A stretch of DNA of 33,315 bases, taken from positions 1 through 33,315 of the forward strand of contig JYFJ02004286.1 of assembly GCA_000934665.2 (NCBI GenBank), in the 5' to 3' direction. A program made the translations under genes and the position numbers. Positions 11,614-22,700 of the stretch are shown in pieces; within the stretch, counting starts at the first letter, position 1; each line of letters starts with the position of its first letter. Origin of the DNA: Catajapyx aquilonaris. Its lineage: Eukaryota. The notes beneath the pieces were generated by a model that saw only the letters and a list, made by a program, of their open reading frames with translations, was not told where the DNA came from and ran no database searches.

Positions 11614-14600
11614 TCATTTGGCCTTTTTGAGCCTCTCGCTGGACAGGTCGTTGCTCTCGATCCACTTTTGGACCTCTTGGGGAATTTCTGGAGGGGTGAC
11701 CGCCTTGCCCCCATAGTGCTCCTTGATGACCTCGTGGAAATCTGCCCCAGAGATGGCCTGTCTGACAAGTGCCACGCACCTCACGAATCCGTCTGGGAGG
11801 CTCTCAAAACGTTGCTCCAAGTAAACCGACTTGGAGTCCCACCACACCACCTAAAAGAAAAAAAGTCATCGGGGTCACCAGGTCAGTCGTTGAATATTTG
11901 GGTGCAGTCTCCGTGAACGCTTCTGAGGCAGTAAGTTCTTTGGAGCTAATTCATCATCATTATTATAGTCGACTCCGGATATAAGAGACTTCAAGAGACC
12001 GTGGATCATATATCCAAATGTCATAGGCCACATGAGGAAGTATGGTGGGACCAGCTTTTCGAGTTGGCTATAACCTCAAAGGTTCTTATAGCCCAGGCTC
12101 TTAGATCCGGAATCGACTGCATTTGAGTGGCTTCTAGTGCTGCCCGAGTACATTTCCGCTTCTTTTGTGAACAGAATTATCTGGTTGCCATGAGAACTCT
12201 GATGTGTGTTCGTAAATAGCCAAGAAGTCTCCAGGGCTTGCCTGAGTTTCGATGGATTTGTCGCATGGGCTGAAGAGCAATACTTACACATCTCAAGATC
12301 GGTTGACGGGGGACTAGTTCAATTGGTGTTTTAACATATTATTAATGCAGATGTTGATTATAATATCAAGACCACTTAACGATCTTTTAAGCTCTCGAAA
12401 TTTCTTACAATTCGTGGGGGAATTCTGGATGGTTTTCCAAATTTCCATCAGCTGGTGCAGGATTTATCATAATACTGTACCGTCTGACATCTTCGCATTT
12501 GAGTTATTTCTGTCGATAAGCGGCGGTCAATGACTTTTTTCTTCAATTTTTGCAGTGCACTTTAGTCACTGATAGGCCTATCAGTTGTGTTCGTAATCTG
12601 CTCCGATAGTCTTGCTATACGAACTTAAGATGTCTTTGAACATTAAATATATAATATTATGTAATGGCTCTGTGCAATAAGTGGAAATACTGTATAGCCT
12701 ACTGTATAGAATGATAGGATAGGAATCATAGGATACGGAATACGGATATGCATAGGCCTATATCAATATGGTGTGGCCATTCAGATAGGTCAAGTTACAC
12801 GGACGAGACACAGTACCAATTTTTTAAACTTCCGGATGGGTGGTCCCTTTGCATCAAATTTCAAACTGCTATTTTCACATAATTATGGTCCTAATAATAT
12901 GGGCAGCCTGTGTACTCATGCTACGTCTTTCAAAAATTAACTCACAGTCAGATCTGAATTAGTGAACATCTCGCTGGTAGTGTACCCACTTCCACTCTGC
13001 TATAATAGTCTAATCAGTGGTTCCCAACCTTTTTCGGGTCGCGACCCCCTTTTATGATAGCCTAGTCAAGTAATCTGCGACCCCCCCCCCCCTCCCCGAG
13101 TGTTAGTTGGTGTTGAAAAAAAACCTTCGAGATGAAATGTCCTATGAAATTTTTGTGATTAAAAAAAAATGTTAGTAGTTTTTTAATTTATGAACATTAC
13201 CGCAGCCACACGCGACCCACCGGAAAAGGCTTCGCGACCCCCAGGTTGGGGACCACTGGTCTGCAGTATCTTCTGACCTGATATCCAATATGCCGATGGA
13301 ACGCTCATTAAATGGGATACGCATAACTCCCCGCCACATTTGAAGGTGAGACTTCAGTGGCGAGAGTGCCTGGAATTCTTACAGTGACGATATGAATTTT
13401 AACGGACTTCTGTTTCATCCAGTTGCTCAGGCAACCAGTCTGGCCGTCCTAAAAACAGCCTACGGTATAAGTACCGTGTAGAACATTCTCTGGATTAACT
13501 CAGGGAAAAAAATGTGTTGAGAACCTGGCTATCTCCTAAAAACAATGGCAGTACTCGCGCGCGGGGAACATTTCCCAGTAATTGTCCAAAGCAATTGTTT
13601 CCACATTCTGCACCAGAAATTATTGCAAAAGCGGATTTTCATACGCTCGGAAAGATCCCATTGCATCAGAGGCACAAAACCCTATACCCTCCCCAAAGAG
13701 GAAGGCTTCGACGTAGGACGGATTTTAAAAATAAAACATCAAAGCGTCTCGGCAATTAGCCTCGCACTCGCTAATTATTTCCCCATATCAATTATCATTT
13801 GGTTTCCATTACCGTCTCTCCAGCAAGGAAAGCGCAATTAGAGGAAATGGATGGGGTGTCGTATACCTTTGTGCGTACGCGATACGGACGAAAAATAGAC
13901 AAGGCCTTTCGGTATCGAACGGAGATGGCCGCCACTGGAAAGTTGACCTTCTTTTTGGTCAGCAGCTTCAGCAGGCCGCTCCTCTCGAAGAAGTCGAATC
14001 TAGCAAAGTCCATGTCACGTAGATAGCGGGAATTGTTCATGTGGATCAGCAAGAGGTCCACGTCGCTCGGGAGACAAATGCCTGCAGGAAATTAGACAGA
14101 TTTATTTGGGAATGGAATCATTGGTATTTTTAATGGGTGCCTTAAATTAATCGGGGGTTTGAACTAAGCGACAAAATTAGGGCATTCAGCATGCGACTTG
14201 GATAATTGGGAGGCATGTTAATTAAAATAATGTTCGCATATTATGACAATAGACCGTTTGAGGAGTTCATAGAATGTAAATGGAAGTGTTGAAAATGAAA
14301 CGGTAGAAAGCAACATGTGAAAATCGAAATATTTATCTCTAGGCTAGCTATCACAGTCTGATATACATTTTTTGTTCCGAAACTTTAATTGCGTGTATAG
14401 AGGTGAGTGTGAGGGGTGACCTTCCAAGCTTACCAGGTCATGCTCAACAAGACAGTCAATTTTTTAGCCATGATAGGAGATAGTGCATAGTCAGGCAATG
14501 GTATAGGCATATTCGCCTATTCACTAAATTCACGACTAGATAATATTCTTATTGCCGGTGACCATGGGACGCTCAAGGTACGCATTATTCACAGAAAGTT

Positions 14601-16710
14601 GCGTACCCCCTTGCGTCTGCTCTCGTGGAATGAGATATACCGTACTATCTGAGATATTCTATGAAAATTATTACTGCTACTGTACAACGGTTACAAATAC
14701 AGTTGAGTCGAGTTTATGGCGTCTAAATTATTTAAACGTTGCAGCTATAATTTTATTATCACCTCTCGTATAATATGGCTTCATAGAACTAGGTTGAGTG
14801 TGCTAGTATACCACTAATATCAGGAGACTAAAAATAGGCTAAAAACCCGGACAAGTTTTATCTATTAGTAGACCGAATAGTTCACATCCGACAGGTGGAC
14901 CACACGAATGCGAATTAAGTGCCTGATGGTACGTAGATTCGATTCTCGACTTTGGATTTTTAGCATATTTCTACCTGAACTTACTATTCGTGTAACCATG
15001 TTCGCGGATTTGATTTACTACATTACTGGCTAACTTTCATCCGGGTATGAGTTACCTTATATATAGAGTGAGTCACTCGTTGGGAAACCCTGTTTTTATT
15101 AAGTGTCTGTCAAGAGTGTAAACACAGCAAATATATGCGTAATGGATGCGTGATGAGTTGCTTGATGAGAAGTAATGGCTAATGCGCATTATATAGATGA
15201 TGTTGAAATTGATAGTCGCCGGATCCCCGGTCACATATCGCAGAGTTGAAGACAGTGACTCGAAATTACTGTACTGCAGCCTGACGTTTGAATTTCTCTT
15301 TTAGCTGTTCATTTGTCCTGAGTTTGTTAGTGCACACTTTTCCCTTGCAGATGACCCCAAAAGTATATATATGGGCTGGAGGGGTTAGGTAGTCTGGCCG
15401 TCTAGATAGTCACAGTTCTTTCAAAATCATCCTGTTTTCAAGGAAGCTCATTCGGATTTCATTCATGCTCTTTTCCGATGTGTGATATGTTTAACTTTCT
15501 ACAAGTCGACAAGCACAGAACCGAATTCACAATTTCCTCTCAAAAAAACAAAAAAACAAAAACAAAAAAACAAAAAACAAAAAAACGTCATAATGATTCG
15601 AAATCTGGATGTTACATCAATTTTCTATGAATGCAGTGGCCTTTCGTGAATAATTCGAGTAGTATGGAGATTGTCAGTGTCTTACTTGCTTGTACCCTCA
15701 GATTCTCATGATATTAAGTAGGCTTATCACATATCTACAGTATACTTGTAGTACCGGTTTTGCTCCATTCAGCGAGTCTTCCACTCGCTTCCACTGACAA
15801 TAGTGTCCAAAACACCCCGCCAGAAGCGATCGACATGTCGCTCTCCTATCGCTATTGTTATTTATGACACTTTTTCAGGCGATTTAAATTGCAAAAATGC
15901 TTCCCACGGTAAACAGACATGTCCGCCAAGAGAAAACCAATAAGCAATAAAATTAAAATAACAGTCGTTTTAAACTGCAAACACGTGAGGGTAATTGCAT
16001 AAAAATCAGATTTAAAAAGATGGTAAATGAACCAGTTTGGACCACTTCGTACGAATTGACATTTTTTTGAAAACGTGTTGATTACCAAAAAATTGGAGCC
16101 TTTAGGACAACTTCTGACCTCATAATCGGATTCACCGTCAGAATCAGTCAGCCAAAATTATCCATGTTACAAAATCACGGTTTGCAGGTGTAATTATCTT
16201 AGATGACCTTGCAACGCAATAGCACAGTGATAAAGCATGCAAGAGAAACACCGAAGCTTTATAGGCCTACTCCGAAAGAACGTGTAGGCAGATGTAGGCT
16301 TACACCTGACTGGGACCGGTCTATGACTGTGACTGTACTAGCCAAAAAAAAATGTATACCCTTAATTTTCTTTGATAAACTACGCAGAAAATAATATTGC
16401 ACATGCTATCAACATAACATGTAAATGTACTGCTGTACAGGCAAATTATACAACTCTTCCAGCTACTGCATATGGCAACATCGTCATGTCACGGTCAAGG
16501 CCATATCCGTGCCATTGGTCCAGGCTATACTAAGATATGCAGCATAACCTACTTATGAGTAGACCTACCATATCGCAGCGAATCGTCCTTGATGAAATCA
16601 ATCTTGCCTCGTAGAAATCGGGCCAAAACAAGGCTGAGAATGGCGTTGAAGAAATAACTTACATCCACCAGAAGAAAGAATATTATTACGAAGGTCACTA
16701 GGCAGAACAT
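11614..16710 (-). CDS. THEM6: THEM6-like thioesterase superfamily protein (hotdog fold), 197 aa; exons 16710-16569, 14081-13867, 11850-11614
   Basis: Hydrophobic N-terminus with DVSYF, then GICLPSDVD-HMNNSRYLRDMDFARF, VRYRK, VVWWDSKSVYLEQRF and DGFV. GT-AG introns in phases 1 and 0. The joined CDS is 594 nt. Exon 1 is absent from the supplied ORF track. Confidence 0.92.
11950..12290 (-). mobile_element. Possible highly decayed 3' end of an RTE-like LINE
   Basis: The minus strand ends in a (TAA/TGA)n-like tail and shows a faint resemblance to RTE C-terminal motifs (KCTRAA resembling KWTWAG; PTRK). Weak evidence. Confidence 0.25.
13015..13258. mobile_element. hAT (Charlie/MER5-like) MITE in THEM6 intron 2
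   Basis: TIR CAGTGGTTCCCAACCT ... AGGTTGGGGACCACTG (15/16), internal CGCGACCC repeats. Flanks GTCTAAT / GTCTGCA resemble the NTCTAGAN target, but the TSD is degenerate. Confidence 0.85.
15063..15420 (-). mobile_element. Decayed Tc1/mariner-superfamily transposase C-terminal remnant
   Basis: With frameshifts, the minus strand reads SRRPDYLTPP..FWGHL/KGKVCTNKLRTNEQLKEK, matching the WPPRSPDLTPxDFxLWGxLKxKVYxxKPxTxxxLK pattern. Boundaries are approximate. Confidence 0.6.
15541..15586. repeat. (CA5-7)n simple repeat
   Basis: Direct reading: caaaaaaa-caaaaaaa-caaaaa-caaaaaaa-caaaaaa-caaaaaaa. Confidence 0.8.
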
Positions 16711-17214
16711 GCTTGCTGCACGTCAGGCTGCAAATGACCTAGTCTCCTATACGCTGGTACCGTAATAGTTTTTTTTCTTCAACTTTTTTTTTTTTTTTTT
16801 TTAACGTGAGAACCGGTGTTGCAACGTATCGTGGATTTTCAGGTCCGCTGTTGCAATCCGTTGATGACAGTGCATGATATGGCTTTCTTTTTAATTTGCA
16901 TGTTTTTAAAGGCACTTACTTATTCCTGGTTCTCTCGAGGTGGCTTGCGAGATGGATAAATAAATCCAGAACAAAATGGTCGATTTTTTTCATATAGATT
17001 AATTACTTATATTTATAGTATGTTGTTCTGGATTCACTATATGGGACACGCAGGCGGGACCACGGTCTAAGAATGGGCGGTACTAAGACATAATCCTAAG
17101 CTGAGTTCAGTTAATCAATGATGCCGTCTGAATAAACAGCTCTAATACAGGGTGGGACACTGCCCATGAGGGATGAGGCGCAGTTCAAGAGGGGGTCACA
17201 AGGTGAAGATGATA

Positions 17215-17304
17215 CAGGGAAACCTACTTGATATAGCGGACCGTGAAAATAGCGGAAACTTCTACTGCGGATTTTTTTTTTTCGATATGCATAGGTTTCA
17301 CTTG
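17215..17304. mobile_element. Short degenerate Tigger-like MITE
   Basis: TA|CAGGGAAACCTA ... TAGGTTTCACTTG|TA imperfect TIRs, with internal ATAGCGGA repeats. Confidence 0.45.
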
Positions 17305-17641
17305 TATGGATTGTATATCAGTTTCAAATGAAATAACACACACGGCAAATGGATGTGACCTCCAGCAGGCAGATGAGCTGGAGTGAACAACCCGTCGCTT
17401 CTTCCCCTACAGGAGTTCTAACCCCAGCTCCCCATTGACCTGAAGACCTGGACAGTGCACCACCCTGTATAGCCACAGAGTAGGCTATCAACCGGGACAT
17501 GTTGGGTGGGAAGAGCAGCTTACTACACCCTTTGTAACTATCTCTCCTTGGCCGTATCACATAGGCCATTATTCATGCATCTTGACATCACACAGAAAAC
17601 TAGCATTTATAGCAGCAATGTACAGTATAGTACTTGCAAAT

Positions 17642-18217
17642 CAGTAAAACTTCTATAAGTCGAACTTCCCTAAGTCTAAGAAAATGATGAGCTTGGTTGG
17701 TCACAATGTAAATAGGGAATGTTATAGGGAATATACTTCCCTAACTCGAAGTTCTCCATAACTCGAAGTGCTGGCAGGGCCTGATGGTGAGATATCAATG
17801 CATTTTCAGTCTCCCTAAGTTGAAGTTCATGTTGGCGAGTACGGAAAAATGTCTCATTTCCCAGCCGAAGGGTCGAGAGTAGGCCACATGCACAGAAAGG
17901 CTCAATTTCCTGATCTCCGTCTACCAGACGTACCAAAAGAAGTGTTTGACTCGATTGTGACAATTGAATCCTTGAATCTAAGAGTGGGCAAATGTCCACA
18001 ACGGAGTTCTTTTTACAACAAAACAGCGAGGAACATTGTAAGTGTGATAGTGACTGTTATTTTAAAGTTTTGAACACCTTTCGTGGCTGGATATAAAGGT
18101 GGGCTTCCTTATAGAGTTATGTGCTTTAAAAATTCCAAACTTCTCTAACTCGAATCTTCTATAACTCGAAGGTTTTTTTCCGGTCTCATGGAGATTCGAC
18201 TTATAGAAGTTTTACTG
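17642..18217. mobile_element. Tigger/pogo-like MITE (576 bp)
   Basis: Perfect 23-bp TIR CAGTAAAACTTCTATAAGTCGAA, TA at the right flank (left flank AT), and repeated subterminal TAACTCGAA motifs. Confidence 0.88.
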
Positions 18218-19790
18218 TATCCTGGAAATGCCAATGCTGAATTTTGGCAAATGTAATCTCCAACTTGTGTTAACCTTGTTGCTTCCATGGAATACAATAA
18301 ATTAAAGTTTCTATATCTACTCATTGCTCCCCACCCTACCTCATGCCCAGATAGGAAAAACATGAGACCTGTCATATGGGACACAGCAGGTTTTAAGAAT
18401 ATAACACCAGTGTTTTGATGCACCATCTTTATTTGTCAGAAAGTTCACACCACTTACACCAAAAAGAAACGAAAAGATATTAGAACTCCAAGCACTATGT
18501 TAGGTTAATAAATGATGGAACACCATTCTTAATGCCTTTAACCACTAAGGCTTTTTTATTTATTTTTGTTGGGGGAGAAATCCGAAGGCATACAATCATA
18601 CCAAACACTGAAATTTTTAATATATTTATCTTACCTTCGATGTTCTTACATTGTGATGTATTCATTCATTCCCATGCCCAATAATGTCAGGTTACCTCAA
18701 ATTCTGTTGTCTCCCCAGAAGTGTTTTGTACCAAAATATTTTTAAATGTGTATTTAAATATTCACAGTATAAACACTCTTGTACACTTTGTGACACACAC
18801 AAAAAATCATAAAAAAAACAAGGCCACCAATATAACGCCGAAAGAAAAATTCTCACCCACATGCTCACTCTTATACTATTTCCAACAAGCTCACCTCGTA
18901 CTGCCCAAACAAAAATAATACAAAATAAAGTTCAATATATCCACACATGTGGCAAGTCGTGACATCATGTACAATATGACAACATAGTAGGTACAGTAAC
19001 TTTTAATTGACAATGAATAAATTCATTACATACAATCAGGGTTTAAAGAAAATTATAGTAAATCTCACACTCTTAAAAATAAGGTGATGGAAGACTGCCT
19101 TCAAAATTAAAGCAAAGGTCTTTTTAAAAAACCAGAAAGGATGGTCATACAGTTACTATACATAAACCAGTGGATATAAAGTATCACAAAAAATGTGTGA
19201 TGTTCAAAGGAGGTGGGCCTTCTAAAGGGTTCTTGCTTGAAGGTTGCTACTGACAATGGTACTTAACTAAAGGGACCTGCCAGTAACAATGACTGTAGTT
19301 CACAAGCCATTAATACATCTGCCTAGTTAGCTAGCATACAACTAGCTAGGGAGAATTTGTGCACAAAGCCAAGGCTGCCATCCTATGGGGAAAAAGACAC
19401 ATCTGGCCATTGCCATAAGGTCATATTCTCTAAACTTTATGGCCCACACAACCAACCAGCAATGAGCATATGTGTCTTTTTTGCTAGGATGGCAGAACTG
19501 TCCACCAGAAATCAGTCACTAACTTAGCCATGAGCCAGTTGGGGTCTAGGCATGTAACTATCTTCATACTAACTGTGGACCAGTCACATGATTTAACTCG
19601 ACGAGACTAATCGCACGAGTTGTTGTCGACTGCAAACATGACCCGACATTATGACCCAATGATGCTCATGTTAAGTGACTACTGGATGTTTTGCCATTTC
19701 TCACTTGCATAAATTGGCTTAAATTCCTTTTAAAATCATCACCCTAACTCGACAAAAAAAAATTTTTTTTGAACATAAACCACTTTCAAA

Positions 19791-22700
19791 TCACATGATT
19801 GAACAGAGTGCTGACAACTCTCTCCCCCTGGCCTGCGGTGGATAAGTGGTCAGCCTCCGCCCAACCAGACGTGGCTTAAGCTGCCGGCTCTGCTCCTCTG
19901 TCATCGAGCAGGGTTTTGGTGGGAGAGCATCCTCATCCATTTCATCTTCAACAATTGCTTCCATTATATCATCTTCTATCTCTCCTTCTTCTAGTTCTTC
20001 CTCAGTGTCAGATTCATGTGGCTTTGCCTTTGGCAAGGAAAAATTGATCTTGATCTTCGCTTGAGGTACAGTCTTATTTTCCGAGGCAAGCTCCACATTG
20101 CCATCTATGCTTGAAGCTACCAGGGGGCCAGAGGAGCTTGGATGGATGTCGATAACAGGCATATTCGATGTGGCATCTTTCACAGATGCTTCTGACTTAT
20201 CTTCACCTCCAATTTCCTCAGAGTCTTCAGGCAAATGCTCTCCAGTCTCTGCATCTGTTGAATCTGGATCAGTCTTGATCACTGACACTATTTCAGATGG
20301 TTCAGAGTCAGCGTCAATGCCATCAGTTGGTTCTGCTTCCATAGCTGGAAGGAATAATAATTATTTTGTTTATAACTCTGCCATGCCATCATAAAATTCC
20401 TAGACCTATTTTATAATAATTTAGGGCCGGTTTCACCGAACTCGGTATATGATAAAACCAGGTTTCTTTAGGAAAATCCATACAAATATGTAGGGATTTT
20501 CCGAATAACCCTGGTTTTATCATATACCGAGCTCGGTGAAACCGGCCCTTAGTGGGGAGAAGGGGAGAGCCAGTAGGGGGGAGGCAAGAAGGGAGAAAGA
20601 ATCCAATATTGGTGTTACACAATGTTAATTTTTTGGTATGCTTTGGAAATTGCACATATATTTCCCCATTCAGCCAATATCTGCCTATAATCTGAATAAT
20701 TATGCAGGGTGATGCACTGCCATGTACCCATTTCAAGATGGGACAAGAAAAGAAGCTGTGGATTGCGTATCCCAGCAGTCAGTTGAAAGAGTTGCAATGC
20801 ATGGGAAGCAACAATGAGGGCCATTTTCACATATCGCAAAGGTAAAGGTAAAGGTCAACCATGAGGTAAATCACGGCACCTGTGCTACAGTGGTCCTCCA
20901 ACTCGTAGCTTATTTGCCAGGATTGTCTGTTATCTCTCACACACACAATTCCCCATTTTTGGTTATCACACGATTATGAGAGGAATTACTTCAGTGATTC
21001 TTGAGCTCTAGCTCGTAATATTGTAACACCCTGTCCTGATTCCCATTGTACCATCCACCTGTTGAAACACCTGTAGATGCACAAAGTTTGACAACCTGGG
21101 ATGTGCCCTGCCTCATTTGGATCTAGTTCGTCACATAGCCAATAGCACGCTAATATAAGGGTCAATGAAAACGAGCCAAGGTCATAGCAAACTCCATATG
21201 GGTTTCTTGCAGCATCTCAGTGCTGGCGTTAGGTGAGATGGTGCCCTGTGCCATTTGACATATATTACACCCCCCCCCCCCCTCCAACTGCTTTTTATTT
21301 ACTTTTTGGAAGGGGGCGCCTTTTTGGAAGGGGGCGCTGTGACGACATGTTTTTGAAGCAGAAACGCTGAAAGAATGTGGTGATCATTGTCAATTGCATT
21401 AATAAATTTTGCTGCTGGAAGCCATTGGAAGGCGCTGAGTAAGTGGCGCCCTGCTGCGGTGCTGCCCTTGTGGCCTTGTGTGCCCCATTACGGAAGAGAA
21501 ATTTAATGACATTTTTTTTTTTTACGTTACCCCGTGATAGGGCCATAGGCCCTTATAGGGGGGTGGAATACCACCATTTTTCCTTCAATTTTCTGATTTT
21601 TTCTTCTAACTCCGGTGCAAGGATGAAAGGACATGAGGTAAGGATATAGGGATTTTTGGGGAGGGAACATTGGTGCAAGTGCAATGTCGGTAAAGGGGTC
21701 ATGTGCTGTTCCCCAGGAGGTTAGGTTGCCAGACACCTCCTTGGTGCAGGTCAGAGACCCTCCTGACGCAGGTGAAAGGAAAGTTCCCCAGGCGGGGATC
21801 GAACCTGGGGCCTTTCACTCAGCCAGCCGAGACGTTACCATCTCGGCCACCACACCTCCCCATTTAATGACATTTTTATATTATTTGGAAAGGGCTCATC
21901 ACGCTTCTTTCGCGCCCCATACGCATCTGCGCCCTGTGTGGTAGCACTGGTCGCACACCCCTAGTGCCAGCCCTGCAGCATCTCATACACAAAACAAAGG
22001 TGGTACCACTGTGTGTTGGAGATTCGATACCGTGATGCAGTGGTAGTGTGACTTTGTTTAGCCTACCCAATCAAAAAAGACCATCCAGTCAGAGATGGAA
22101 GCACTTAATGTTTGGCAGGGAGCAGTAATCTGGTTTTTAACTGTGGATAGCAGGGGTAGTTCGAGCCACAGCCTTCCACATCTGAGGTCCCGAGCTCGAT
22201 CCCCGGGTCAGACAGAGAATACTTATGTGGGTCATGTTTTGATGGGTTCTCTCCATGTTCGTGTGGTTTTCTTGGGGCTCTCCCATTTCCCCTCACAATC
22301 TAAACCTGTCACAGCACAGACAATGATTAACACTAATTAGACGGGTGGTTTTTTTCGCGCTTTTGCAAGCATCTCCAAAAAAATCGCTTGCATAGCCATT
22401 TTCGGGACCACGTATGACAAATATACCGAGTTACATCGTGTAGTGTCTAGGCTTTTCCTGAGACCATCAGATGGACCCTCTGGTCAAACCATGTGGAGAG
22501 TTAAATTCTTAAACTGCAAGAAATGGCGCAGGGGGTGCGTTTCGCGGCTACTTTTTTTTTCTTTCCTTTTTTTTTGTCATCCTCCCGCTCTGTCCAAAAG
22601 TATATGGTCCTGTGGCCCTGGCTCTACTAAACAGACCAGTACATGTGAATAATGCGTCACACGAAGGGCGTCAGAGCTACAGGGAGTAACACCCACCCCC

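Noticed and set aside
15858..16200. Sequence resembling DNA-transposon subterminal DNA; similar blocks at 6540-7170 and 31820-32040
   Set aside because: No paired TIR or TSD could be located by eye.
16815..16860. Two TGTTGCAA motifs about 110-150 nt upstream of the THEM6 ATG
   Set aside because: Short RFX-like half-sites that may be promoter elements, but they are not supportable from sequence alone.
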